Source of the DNA: Elusimicrobiota bacterium
Lineage (GTDB): Bacteria > Elusimicrobiota > Elusimicrobia > UBA1565
NCBI GenBank assembly: GCA_016218495.1
Contig: JACRDU010000155.1
Location: 1,171-65,170 of the forward strand
Direction: 5' to 3'
DNA length: 64,000 bases
The first letter of the stretch is position 1. Each line of letters begins with the position of its first letter. This document shows, piece after piece, positions 38,589 to 48,282 of this stretch. A program made the translations under genes and the position numbers. A model generated the notes under the pieces. The model saw nothing but the letters and a program-made list of their open reading frames with translations. It was not told where the DNA came from and did no database searches.

Positions 38589-38849
38589 TCAGATCAGCGG
38601 GAAGACCCGCCTTCGGATGCTCACCGGTTTGAACGCCCTCACATCGACCGCCGGCACGCGCCTTCCGTGCTTGCGGCCGCCCGGACGCTGCCCGAGCTTG
38701 TCCGAACGGCGCCAGGCCCAATCCCAGGCCTTGACGACGCCGTAGCCGGCCAAACCCACGGTCCACAGCAACGCCCCGGCCGCCACGGCGCAGACCGCCC
38801 ACATGGCGACGATGTAGAGGCCCATTGCGATGATCTCCATGTAAGTCAT
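38589..38849 (-). CDS. Small hypothetical membrane protein
   Basis: GGAGGGGG RBS, MTYMEIIAMGLYIVAMWAVCAVAAGALLW hydrophobic N-terminus, basic tail. Confidence 0.5.
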   Translation of the reverse strand: MTYMEIIAMGLYIVAMWAVCAVAAGALLWTVGLAGYGVVKAWDWAWRRSDKLGQRPGGRKHGRRVPAVDVRAFKPVSIRRRVFPLI

Positions 38850-38969
38850 CGCACCCCCTCCTACCCGCATCATACACCCGCCCGGGCGGCAGGCAATGAC
38901 GGATGATCGAGCCCTGACAATCATCCGACCGAGGCGAAGTCGCGTCGAGGGCCAGGCCCTCTTGTTGCG

Positions 38970-39521
38970 TTAAAGGCGCCTGTAGTCGAAGTGGACGGCG
39001 CGGGCGTAGCCGGGGCAGAGGGAAATGCCGTCCATCAAGAAGGCGCGCACGAGGACGGGCCCGTCCACGAGCACTCCCTCCAGCGTGGACTTCACATAGA
39101 CGCTGGCATGGGCGCTGTTGAGCTTGCCGCAGACCTGTTCGGTCGAGCGCACCGACAGCCACGAGCCCACCAGCTCCCAGCCTCCGGCCTCGCGAGCGCC
39201 GCCGGCGATGTGCATCCGCGGAGCGGCGGGGTCGCCCGTCGCCGACATGTAGGCGTCATAGGAGAACGGAGAGCTGTCCTGCTCGCGCATCACGAGCGAT
39301 AGGGTGCCGAGGCAGAGCCGCTTGGGCAGGCCCAAACGGTCGGCCTCGGCGTTCTCCGTGCGCTCGTAGCAGGCGTCGACCCGGACGCTGCTCGACTTCG
39401 TGGCCAGGCGCCCGACGGCCTCGCGGACCATGCCCTTCGCGGCGACGGCCGCCGTGCCTAGGCTCGGCGCGCCGGCTTGAGCCGGCCATGCCGTCAACAA
39501 AATGATGATCAATGCCTTCAT
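38970..39521 (-). CDS. Secreted hypothetical protein with four Cys
   Basis: Signal peptide MKALIIILLTAWPAQA; GAGGGA RBS; extended -10 TGaTACGCT upstream. Confidence 0.7.
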   Translation of the reverse strand: MKALIIILLTAWPAQAGAPSLGTAAVAAKGMVREAVGRLATKSSSVRVDACYERTENAEADRLGLPKRLCLGTLSLVMREQDSSPFSYDAYMSATGDPAAPRMHIAGGAREAGGWELVGSWLSVRSTEQVCGKLNSAHASVYVKSTLEGVLVDGPVLVRAFLMDGISLCPGYARAVHFDYRRL

Positions 39522-40129
39522 CGGTCCCTCTCGAAGCAAACTCGGACATCGAGAGCGTATCACGGAAAACGGCGCCGGGCCCCGTCCAACCGGGCAGGAT
39601 GGGGCGGACAAAAGGCCTAGGCCCGCCTGGGCAGGAGGACCGTCCGCCTAGGCGCAATGCCGGTTGGGGATGCCGCGTCAGAGCCCTCAGCGCGGCTGAA
39701 ACCGAGCCCAAAACATGAAAGTTTCCGAAAAATTCCCTAGCCGTTTTCAGGGCAATTCGCCGTCGCTGGCGACTGTAATTTACCCTTACAAATACAGGGC
39801 TATTTTAATAAATCGTATGGGTCCTGAGGCTGGGATTGCCTGCGCATCCTGCGCAATCGTCTAGAGTTCGCCTGCTGATGCGGCTCTTTGGCCGCGTCAC
39901 GATTTGAAAAAATCTTCCGCCTACTGCAATCTAAATCAGCATCGCGCGCGCGATGTTGAGGAGTGACCGCTACATCGGCGTCGTGTCGCGAGCCGCCGAG
40001 TTCCAACTCCCGTTTTAAGGAGAGGAGGTTCGAAAATCGCACCGTTCGCGATTCTCGAACCCACGCGCCCGCAGCGCGTAAATGGCGCCGTTCATGCGGG
40101 AAGATGTTCTTAACTAACAGGCATTGCGC

Positions 40130-40795
40130 CTAGGCGCCGAGCAGGGCCGCATAGAGCCCCTGCAGGTCCCATTGGAAGTCGCGCAGCCCTTCGGGCTTGG
40201 CGCGCAAACCGCTCTTGAAGGCGATGAGCCAGTCGCCCTTGGCCTGCACCGTCCAGCCCCCCCGGGAGGCCAGGAAGCGCCGCGGCGCGGCGCCGAAGAA
40301 CCCGCGGATGCGCTCCTCGTCCGTGCCGCGCAGCCGGTAGCCCTTCGAGAATTCCGGGTCTTCGCCGAAGTCGATGTCTTGGCCGCCGAACCAGGAGGCC
40401 AGCTTGTCCGAGAACTGCTCGGGCGCGGCGGTGAAGACCGGCAGCCCCCGCCCCGGGAGGTGGAACGCGCCGACGCTCTGGGTCCAGGTCGCCTGGTTCT
40501 TCCCGCTGCCGACGGTATAGCGATACTCGAATATGACGTACTCGCGGCGCTCGCTCCAGAACACGTTCTCCGCGCGCCGGCTGTGCCCCGCCGTGAAGAG
40601 CGAGAGCTCGCGCAGTTCCCCAGGCAGGCGGTCGAGGTCGTCGTCGCTAGGGCTGAGGCCCAGGGCGACGGCGGCCGCGCGCAGGCGCTCGACGCGCCGC
40701 TTCTCCAGATGCCGGTGGATGCCCCAGACGGCCAGGCAGGCCGGGACCAGGAGCAGGTACGGGTTCTGGAGGGCGAACGCCGCGGCGTCCATCAT
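40130..40795 (-). CDS. Hypothetical protein with N-terminal TM segment
   Basis: TM segment then ...FEYRYTVGSGKN...GQDIDFGEDPEFSKGY; TATACT -10 just upstream (start may be 40792). Confidence 0.75.
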   Translation of the reverse strand: MMDAAAFALQNPYLLLVPACLAVWGIHRHLEKRRVERLRAAAVALGLSPSDDDLDRLPGELRELSLFTAGHSRRAENVFWSERREYVIFEYRYTVGSGKNQATWTQSVGAFHLPGRGLPVFTAAPEQFSDKLASWFGGQDIDFGEDPEFSKGYRLRGTDEERIRGFFGAAPRRFLASRGGWTVQAKGDWLIAFKSGLRAKPEGLRDFQWDLQGLYAALLGA

Positions 40796-40881
40796 CGGGA
40801 GTATACAACCTCCGTCGTGCCAGGGAACTTTTCGGGGGGTCTGCGCGTACTAGCATCGAGCCCCAGGGCTCGGGAGGCCTC

Positions 40882-41253
40882 ATGCAGCTGACACTCGACG
40901 GGAAGCGGATCTCCTCTGACGCCAGGCCGGAGGACGCGCGCGGCGTGCTGGAGAGGCTGCAGCGCGCGCGGCGCGGGGAGCTCGAACTCAAGGACGGGGC
41001 GCGGACCATGAGCCTCCAGCTCGCAGCCGGCGTCTGGTTCCTCGAGGCCGGCGAGGGCTCCACCCTGCGCTATGGGATGCTGGTGACGCCGCTGCAGGCC
41101 GTCGGAGCGCTCAACGCCTTCCTCAAAGGAGGCCTGCCGATGCCGGACGGCTGGGGCGCGGGGGCGGCCGCCGCCGAGGGGTTCGAATCGGTCGTCGTCG
41201 GAGACGCCGCCCACCCCGACTGCCCGCTGTGCCGTATGATGGGCGTTCAGTGA
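40882..41253 (+). CDS. Hypothetical protein with C-terminal HPDCPLC motif
   Basis: GGAGG RBS; 123 aa; CxxC near the C-terminus. Confidence 0.6.
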   Translation: MQLTLDGKRISSDARPEDARGVLERLQRARRGELELKDGARTMSLQLAAGVWFLEAGEGSTLRYGMLVTPLQAVGALNAFLKGGLPMPDGWGAGAAAAEGFESVVVGDAAHPDCPLCRMMGVQ

Positions 41254-42290
41254 GCGGGCGCCGCCTCGGGGGAGATTGCGCCGAACTCGGGGTCCTTGAA
41301 GAAGCTCGTGAAGTAGACATAGCTGCCCCACGACAGCACGAGGACGCTGCCGGTCAGAATCGCGTAGAACTTCTGGTAGCCGAAGGCGGCGAACAGGCCG
41401 AACTGCATCGTCAGGCTGGTGACCTGGTAGAGGTGCATCATCGTGGGATGGCTGATGACCCCGGCGCGGCGCATCTGGTTGACCGCGGGGACGAGCGGGC
41501 CGCCGGAGATCATGCCCTGCAGGATGTTGATGAAGACCAGCGCCAGCCCTTTGGGCGTCATCACCAGCGGGTTCTCGCCGAGGGGGCCCAGCACCAGGCG
41601 GTTGAGGAACTCGAAGCCGCAGAGCTGGAAGTAGACGAACACCATGTCGCCGACCGGCGCCTTGAAGACCCTGACCATCCCGGTCATCCGGCCCAGGAAC
41701 TTCATATAGGTCTGCCCGAAGACGGTGAATACCGCGTCCTGGACCTGGTACCAAGAGGTCGAGATGACGGCCCTCACCACCGGCAGCTCTCCCGCGTTGA
41801 CGGCCTTCATCACGAAGAAGAGCCGGATGGCCAGGTTGAAGGTGAAGGTCTTGGTCGCCAGCCAGGTGTAATCCTGACGATTGGGCCTCGTCATCGACTC
41901 CACGAAGAGCGCCTTCATGTTCTTGAGGTAGGAAGAATCGAAGGCGAACCTCGGTGCCGGGCCGGCGTTCTCCTCTGCGGACTTAGTTGAGCTCCCCACC
42001 TTGAAGAACAGCATCTCGCCGCCGTGCTGCTTCTTCGCCGCTCGGAACATCGCCCGGTCCTCGGGAGACACCTCGGCCGGCGCGGAGCTGCCCATCCCCT
42101 CGGAATAGGTCTTGGTCGGCCAGACATAGACCAGCGCGCGGCCGCCGGAGCCCGTCACCGGGAACTCCGCGCCCGGGGCCCACTCCTTGAAAGGGGCGCC
42201 GCCCTTGCCCGCCTTATAGACGCGGCGCGGCCCCGACGGGGACTCCTCGTCCACGGCCACGATGACCAGCGAGTTCGCGTCGGGCTTCAT
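41247..42290 (-). CDS. Polytopic membrane protein of unknown family (no export leader); distant paralog of 46681..48282
   Basis: Several hydrophobic helices; last gene of the amylase operon; motif-level similarity to the first gene. Confidence 0.75.
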   Translation of the reverse strand: MKPDANSLVIVAVDEESPSGPRRVYKAGKGGAPFKEWAPGAEFPVTGSGGRALVYVWPTKTYSEGMGSSAPAEVSPEDRAMFRAAKKQHGGEMLFFKVGSSTKSAEENAGPAPRFAFDSSYLKNMKALFVESMTRPNRQDYTWLATKTFTFNLAIRLFFVMKAVNAGELPVVRAVISTSWYQVQDAVFTVFGQTYMKFLGRMTGMVRVFKAPVGDMVFVYFQLCGFEFLNRLVLGPLGENPLVMTPKGLALVFINILQGMISGGPLVPAVNQMRRAGVISHPTMMHLYQVTSLTMQFGLFAAFGYQKFYAILTGSVLVLSWGSYVYFTSFFKDPEFGAISPEAAPAH

Positions 42291-44669
42291 CTATAGCTCC
42301 AGGAGGACATGGTCGTAGATCCGCGGGATCTTCGTCCCCGCGCCCTCCAGCGTGTAAAAGCTCCACTCTTCCTTCTTGGCCGCCACCGCGCGCAGCTCCC
42401 CGAGGTAGCCGTCCCAGGTCGACACGAAGGCGCGCGTGCCGGAAAAATCCGCCACCGAGGCGAAATAGGAGGCCGAGAAGGTGAACTCCACCATGTTCTT
42501 GTCCTTGTCGGCGCGGGCGGCGATGTCCCCGACCAACGGCTTGCCGTAGGATTCCGGCCCCGAATCGGCCGCCCCGAAGGAGCGCATGTCCCAGCCGTAG
42601 AGCAGGAAGCCGGCGTTGAACTCGAAGTCGGAGCGGGCGTAGCCGAGCTTCGGGAAGAAGCGCTTGCCCGGGACGCCCGGGAAATCGAAGTAGACCGAGA
42701 AATAGACGTGGTCGAAGCCATGCGGCGGATTCCATTCGTCCGTCACATCGGTCATCTTGAAGCGCAGCTTCAGGTCCCGTCCCGAGGTCAGCGCGTCCAC
42801 GCGTTCCATCGAGAGCTGGCCGCGATAGCTGGGGTCAGCCGGAGGGCGCACGGTGCCGTCGAGGCCGCCCTTCTGGGCCTGCGGGACCTTGGAACGCACC
42901 AGCAGCTTGTAAGGGTTCTTCACCGTCAGCGTCACCGGCGCCGACAGCGCCAGCCCGGCCTTGCTCTTGGCCAGCAGGGTCAGGTCGTGGCGGCCGTTGC
43001 CCAGGCGCGTCGTGTCGAGCTCCACGCAGCCCGCGGAAGGGTCGGACAGCGGCACGCGCCGCCCATAGTCGCCGTTGTCGAGGAGGACGAGCTCGCAGGC
43101 CCGGTCCTCGAGCCTGTAGTCCAGCGGGACGGTGCCCTTGACCAGGCGCCTGGCCGGGGCGACCAAGGCCAGGCCGTGCGCGTCCGCCGGGACAAAGGCG
43201 CCCTCCAGCACGAGGAATTCGCCCGGCTCGAGCAGGAAGACCCCGGGGACGTCCTTGCGCCCGTGGGAGGACAGCGCCACGGACAGGCCCTCCCCCCCCA
43301 GGTCGCAGGCCACGGGGTTGGGCGCGGTGTTGAAGACGGACACCAGGCGGACGTCCTTGTGCGTGCTCGACCAGGCCAGGAGGCCGGGGCCGTGGCTGGT
43401 GCGCTCGACGGCCAGCTTGCCGCGGGTCAGCGCGGGGTGGGCCTTGCGGAAAACGACCAGGGAGCGGATGAAGACGGCCAGCGGGCTCTCCAGGTCGAAG
43501 GCTTCGTCCCGGAACATGTCCTCGCGGGCGCGGGTCAGGGCGGCCTCGGTGCCGTAGTAGACGCAGGGCAGGCCGGGCAGGGTGAAGAGGGCGGCCAGCG
43601 ACTGCTTTACCGTGGGCAGGTCGGCCCGAGCGCACATGCGCTCGATGTCGTGGTTGTCGAGGAAGTTGACCCACAGCGGCCGGTTCGCGCGCGGGGCCTT
43701 GAGGACCTTGCGCAGGCGTTCGGTGGGCGCCTTGCGGAAGAAGACCTGGGTCAGCGCCTCGTTGAGCGGCAGGTCCACCGCCCCGTCGAGGCGCGGCCGG
43801 CCCGGCCCCTTAATGTAGTCGTTGATGGCCTTCGTGTCGTATGACCAGACCTCGCCGAAGACGAAGAAGTCGCGCTTGCCCTTCTTGGCGGCGTGCGGCT
43901 TCACTCCGTCGGCGTCGTACAGGAAGCGCTCGTAGAACTCCTCGGGGGTGTAGTAGACCGTGTCGACCCGGAATCCGTCGATGCCGGCCTCGTCCATCCA
44001 GAACTTGTAGACCTCCTTGAAGCGCTGCACGGCCAGGGGGCTCTTCAAATTGATGTCGTCGAGGTCCCCCATCGACCAGGTCAGGGTCTGCTCGCGCGAC
44101 TTGAAGTCGGAGATGTTCGGCGTGAAGTTGTAGACGGCCGCGCGCTTGTGCTCGGGGTTGTTGGGGTCGTTGAGCGAGAACACCGGGTCCTTGGGCGCCA
44201 TCAGCGCCCCGTCGGCCAGCTTCCAGTTGAGCTCCGGGCGGGCCGGGTCGAAGCCCTGGCCCTCCACGGTGAAGAAGTTGCCCGTGTGGTTGACCACGAT
44301 GTCCTGGATGACCTTGAGCCCCAGAGCGTGGGCCCGCGCGACGAACGTCTTGTAGTCCGCCAGCGTGCCGAAGTGGGGGTCCACAGCCGTGAAGTCGTAG
44401 GCCCAGTAGCCGTGGAAGCCCCGGGTCTTGATGTAGGGATTGACCCACTGGTTGTGCACCGGCGGGGTGATCCACACCGCGTCGTAGCCCATCCCCTTTA
44501 TGAAAGGGAGGCGTTCGGTCAGGCCCTTGAGGTCCCCGCCGTGGAAGGCGTCGTCATCGTCCGGGTCGTACTCGCCCTTGCCGAAGTCGTCGTTGGAGCG
44601 GTCGCCGTTGGCGAAGCGGTCGATGAGGACCAGATAGACGACCTTGTCGCGCCAAGCGTCGGGCTTCAC
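42291..44669 (-). CDS. GH13 alpha-amylase family (no signal peptide) with C-terminal DOMON/CBM-like domain
   Basis: DRFANGD, GGDLKG, HGYW, DIVVNH, DGFRVDT, FGEVW, FLDNHD, YYGTE; C-terminal WNPPHGFDHV...STWD. Confidence 0.92.
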   Translation of the reverse strand: MKPDAWRDKVVYLVLIDRFANGDRSNDDFGKGEYDPDDDDAFHGGDLKGLTERLPFIKGMGYDAVWITPPVHNQWVNPYIKTRGFHGYWAYDFTAVDPHFGTLADYKTFVARAHALGLKVIQDIVVNHTGNFFTVEGQGFDPARPELNWKLADGALMAPKDPVFSLNDPNNPEHKRAAVYNFTPNISDFKSREQTLTWSMGDLDDINLKSPLAVQRFKEVYKFWMDEAGIDGFRVDTVYYTPEEFYERFLYDADGVKPHAAKKGKRDFFVFGEVWSYDTKAINDYIKGPGRPRLDGAVDLPLNEALTQVFFRKAPTERLRKVLKAPRANRPLWVNFLDNHDIERMCARADLPTVKQSLAALFTLPGLPCVYYGTEAALTRAREDMFRDEAFDLESPLAVFIRSLVVFRKAHPALTRGKLAVERTSHGPGLLAWSSTHKDVRLVSVFNTAPNPVACDLGGEGLSVALSSHGRKDVPGVFLLEPGEFLVLEGAFVPADAHGLALVAPARRLVKGTVPLDYRLEDRACELVLLDNGDYGRRVPLSDPSAGCVELDTTRLGNGRHDLTLLAKSKAGLALSAPVTLTVKNPYKLLVRSKVPQAQKGGLDGTVRPPADPSYRGQLSMERVDALTSGRDLKLRFKMTDVTDEWNPPHGFDHVYFSVYFDFPGVPGKRFFPKLGYARSDFEFNAGFLLYGWDMRSFGAADSGPESYGKPLVGDIAARADKDKNMVEFTFSASYFASVADFSGTRAFVSTWDGYLGELRAVAAKKEEWSFYTLEGAGTKIPRIYDHVLLEL

Positions 44670-46684
44670 TTACGGACCAGCACGCGTACGCCGCGGGCGG
44701 GGACCCGCACCGTGACCTTGGAGCCGCCCTCGGCGCCGGGATGGGTGGCGACGCCGTAGCCGGCGTCGAGCGCGTCGGACAGCGCGGTGCCGGCCGGGGT
44801 CAGGCCGTTGTCGACGAACATCTCCGCCTCGCGGGCCTCGTCGGCCGTGTTCATCACGACGACGACCTCTTGCCCCTGGTAGATGCGGCTGAAGGCGTAG
44901 ATGCCGGAGTTGTATGGGTCGGACCAGCGTACATGCTGCTCTCCGCGGCGCAGCGCCGGCAGGTCCCGGCGCACCTTCATCAACTGCTGGAGCAGCTTGA
45001 AGCTGGCCGCGCCGGTATCGAACTTGTCGCCCTTGGAGCTCTCGGTCTTGTACTGCCCCTCGGCGAACATGTCCTCGCGGTTCTGAGGGTCGGCCGGGCG
45101 GTCTCCGCCCTCGGGGGTCAGGCGTCCTTCGAGCTGGCGGAAGGCCTGCTCGGCGCCGTAGTAGACTAGGGGGATGCCGGTGGAGAAGAGCAGGAAGGCG
45201 AAGGCGGCCTTGAGCACGCCGTCGGACTCGCCGTCGCGCAGGAAACGGTAGGTGTCGTGGTTGTCGATGAAGCGGATGATGCGCCCGAGGGCCGCGCCGA
45301 GCGCGTCGCGGGCCCGCACGAAGCTCTCCTCGAGCTGGCGGGTCGGGGCCTTGCCGTGCAGCGCGAACTGCTGGCGCCGGAACTCCGGGTAGTTGTAGCC
45401 GGAGTCCGTGCCCAGCCCCAGGTCGCCGACGATGTCGGAGTCGACCCCGGTGGAGTTCTCGCCCAGGACCAGGAAGTTCTTCTTGCCCAGGCCCCCCGCG
45501 TACTCCTTGACCTCCCGGGAGAAGCGCCGCACGAAGTCGGGGTCCATGTGGCGGATGGCGTCGAGCCGCATCCCGTCCACGTCGGTCTCCTTCAGCCACC
45601 ACTGCGTGACCTTGATGAGCTTCGAGCGCGTCGCGTCGCGCTCGGTGTCCCAGTGCCGGTAGTTGGGCGGGAAATCGCCGTGCGTGGCTTGGTCGTGGTT
45701 GTTCCAATCGTCGATGACGCCGCGCCGGGTGAAGTCCTCGCCGGTCATGTCCTCGGGGCCGAGCAGCTCGGTCCACTCCCCGATCTCCTTGCGGCCCGCG
45801 CCCTGGTACTTGGAGCCGTCCTTGTACTCGAAGACCGGTCCGGTGTGGTTGGCCACCACGTCCAGGATGACCTTGATGCCGCGCGCGTGGGCCTCGCGAA
45901 CCATCTCCTTGTAGTCATCCATCGTGCCCAGATGCGGGTCCACGGCCAGGAGCTGGGTCGGCGCGTAGCCGTGGTAGGCCTCCGGGATGCCCATCGTCAC
46001 CGGCGAGAGGATGATGGCGCTGACGCCCAGGGTCTTGAGGTAGTCGAGCCGCGCGGTCACGCCCTTGATGTCGCCGCCGTGGCGCGAAACCCCGCTCTTG
46101 GGGTCGCCCAGAGGGATGGCGCGCTTGGAGCGCGAGAAGCGGTCGGTCATCACCGAGTAGACGACCTCGTCGCGCCAGTCCTCGGGAGAGGCGAAGTACT
46201 TGCGCCCGGACTCCGGGGTCAGGCTCAGCTCGGCGACGGTGCGCGGGGTGCCGGCCGGCGGCTCCAGCCGGCGCATGGCCTCCGGGGTCGGGGTGGTCCG
46301 GGCCTGGACGGCGGAGAGCTGCTGGGTGGGGCCGAGGTCGGGGACGGCCTTGGCCTTCCCCTCGGCCGCCGCGCGCCCCTGCTCCTCCTTCGCCGCGACG
46401 GCCTTGGCCGGGGTCGGAGCGGCCAGAGCGGCCTGGGCCGCCTGCGCCTGCGCCCGCGCCCGCGGCTGGACGGCGGGCGTCGGCAAGGCGAGGCTGGGAG
46501 CGCCGAGGCTGGGCGCCGCCAGGGACGGGGCGGACAAGGTCGGCCCCAGCGACGGCTTGACCAGGCCCGCGCCGACAGGGCCGACGGCGGGGGCGGCCTC
46601 GACGACGGGCGCGACGGTCTTGACCTGGGCCGCCGAGGGCGACGCCAGCGCGAGAGAGAGGAGGATGGATAGAAGCCGCGTCAT
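44666..46684 (-). CDS. GH13 alpha-amylase family with signal peptide/Ala-Pro leader
   Basis: True start ATG 46684 (ATGA overlap), MTRLLSILLSLALASPSAAQ; SPEDWRDEVVY, GGDIKG, YHGY, DVVANH, DGMRLDA, LGE, FIDNHD. Confidence 0.92.
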   Translation of the reverse strand: MTRLLSILLSLALASPSAAQVKTVAPVVEAAPAVGPVGAGLVKPSLGPTLSAPSLAAPSLGAPSLALPTPAVQPRARAQAQAAQAALAAPTPAKAVAAKEEQGRAAAEGKAKAVPDLGPTQQLSAVQARTTPTPEAMRRLEPPAGTPRTVAELSLTPESGRKYFASPEDWRDEVVYSVMTDRFSRSKRAIPLGDPKSGVSRHGGDIKGVTARLDYLKTLGVSAIILSPVTMGIPEAYHGYAPTQLLAVDPHLGTMDDYKEMVREAHARGIKVILDVVANHTGPVFEYKDGSKYQGAGRKEIGEWTELLGPEDMTGEDFTRRGVIDDWNNHDQATHGDFPPNYRHWDTERDATRSKLIKVTQWWLKETDVDGMRLDAIRHMDPDFVRRFSREVKEYAGGLGKKNFLVLGENSTGVDSDIVGDLGLGTDSGYNYPEFRRQQFALHGKAPTRQLEESFVRARDALGAALGRIIRFIDNHDTYRFLRDGESDGVLKAAFAFLLFSTGIPLVYYGAEQAFRQLEGRLTPEGGDRPADPQNREDMFAEGQYKTESSKGDKFDTGAASFKLLQQLMKVRRDLPALRRGEQHVRWSDPYNSGIYAFSRIYQGQEVVVVMNTADEAREAEMFVDNGLTPAGTALSDALDAGYGVATHPGAEGGSKVTVRVPARGVRVLVRK

Positions 46685-48282
46685 TTCTTCTTCCGGATCC
46701 CGAAGATGCCCAGCACCGCGTCCAGCGCCTGCCGCAGGGCCGACGGCCGCGGCGCGGCGTCCGTCATCGAATACACCGACTTGAAATCGCCCGTCTCGGC
46801 CACGGCGGCGTCGACGGCCACGGCGATGGGCCGGGCCTTCGCGCGCTGTCCGAGTATATACAACGAAATGTCCACGCTCTGCTGGATGACGAAGAGGGTC
46901 CAGAACACCGTCATCGAGCCCGAGGCGAAGAAGGTCCCGGCCAGCAGGAAGAAGAGGTCGCGGCCCTGCTGGATGTAGGAGCGGGTGCGCCGCGAGATGC
47001 GGCCCTTGTCGTAGAGGCCGTTCACCCCGGCGTAGCCGAGCGTGCCGAAGAAGGTTCCCAACACGGTGGCGATGCCCATGTCGCGCCAATAGGCCAGCGC
47101 CCAGGGCGGGACCGTGCCGGCGATGACGGCGTAGGAGATCAGCCGGAAGAGCGCCGAGGTCGACTGCATGTAGATGAAGTTGAAGACGGTCTGGTAGCCC
47201 AGCCCGCGCTGGCGGCTGATGAGGTTCTGGAAGTTCTGCCAGGTGTTGATCCAGACCCCGTGGAAGGCCTGCAGGGCCAGCGAGAAGCCCAGCGCCGCGG
47301 CGAAGGCGACCGGGTGGAGGGGCAGGAAGAGCTTCGCCCACCACATCGCCGAGAGGACGAAGGCCGGGCCCTTGGAGAGTACGCCGCCCCAGAACTCGGC
47401 CTGGGTCGGCTTCGTATACGCGGCCTTGAAGGTGCGGGCCAGGAACGCGGCCTCGCGGAAGGGGGCGGTGAGGAAGCGCAGGAAGCGGTTGCTGGGGGCC
47501 GACTTCATGTCCCCGGCCTTAGACTCCTGCTTGGCCGCCGTCAGCGCGATGCGCTCGATGGCCACCGGCGCGGTGATTCCGGCCTCGGCCAGGGCCTCCT
47601 TGACGGCCTCGGCGCCGGCTTCGGACAGGGCGCCTCCCGCCACGATGCGTACCTGGCCCGAGGCGTTCAAAGCCTTCGCGTAAGCCGGGTCGGCGGCGAG
47701 GCGGGCCCGCAGAGAAGGGAGGGTGACCGCGGCGGGCTCGGACCCGTGCTGGGTCAGGAATACCTTGACCGTCGAGCCGTCGAAGGCCTGGTTGAGGGCG
47801 GCGGTCTGAGCGGCGCCCCTCATCGCCCGGCCCAGCACCTGCAGCCGGGAGGCCGCCGTCGCCGGGGCCGCGGACTCGGGAGAATCCATGGCGCGGGCGG
47901 CCGCCGCGATGGCGGCGGCGGCCGCCTTCGGAGCGGCCAGGGCCGCGGGCAGGGCCGACGGCGCAGAAATATTAGCCGCCGCCGCGAGAGGAATCGCGGC
48001 GGCGGCAGGGACGGCCTGACCGGGGACCGTGGTGTGGACCGTGGGCAAGGCCAAAGATGGGGCGACGGACAGGCTGGGGGCGCTCAGCGGCGCGTTCAGG
48101 CTGACGCTTTGGGGCAGGACCGTGGGCGCCGCGACGGCGGGGGTGCCCGGCGCGCCGGCCTTGACCGGGGCGGTGCGCAGCTGCGCCCAGGCCTCGGAAA
48201 CAAGAAGTCCCTGCTCGTTGAGCAGGGACATGGTCAGGAGGGCCGCCGCGAGCTTGCGTCCGCGGTTTCCGAGGAGTTTCAC
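46681..48282 (-). CDS. Signal peptide/Ala-Pro leader + polytopic membrane domain of unknown family
   Basis: Leader ...SEAWAQ...LSAPSL...LNQAFDG; C-terminal hydrophobic helices. Start GTG 48282 or 48291. Confidence 0.78.
   Translation of the reverse strand: MKLLGNRGRKLAAALLTMSLLNEQGLLVSEAWAQLRTAPVKAGAPGTPAVAAPTVLPQSVSLNAPLSAPSLSVAPSLALPTVHTTVPGQAVPAAAAIPLAAAANISAPSALPAALAAPKAAAAAIAAAARAMDSPESAAPATAASRLQVLGRAMRGAAQTAALNQAFDGSTVKVFLTQHGSEPAAVTLPSLRARLAADPAYAKALNASGQVRIVAGGALSEAGAEAVKEALAEAGITAPVAIERIALTAAKQESKAGDMKSAPSNRFLRFLTAPFREAAFLARTFKAAYTKPTQAEFWGGVLSKGPAFVLSAMWWAKLFLPLHPVAFAAALGFSLALQAFHGVWINTWQNFQNLISRQRGLGYQTVFNFIYMQSTSALFRLISYAVIAGTVPPWALAYWRDMGIATVLGTFFGTLGYAGVNGLYDKGRISRRTRSYIQQGRDLFFLLAGTFFASGSMTVFWTLFVIQQSVDISLYILGQRAKARPIAVAVDAAVAETGDFKSVYSMTDAAPRPSALRQALDAVLGIFGIRKKK

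Noticed and set aside
39700-40125. oriC or dif site in the AT-rich region; 80-aa ORF 39800..40042
   Set aside because: No DnaA boxes or XerC/D consensus seen; the ORF has atypical composition and no motif.
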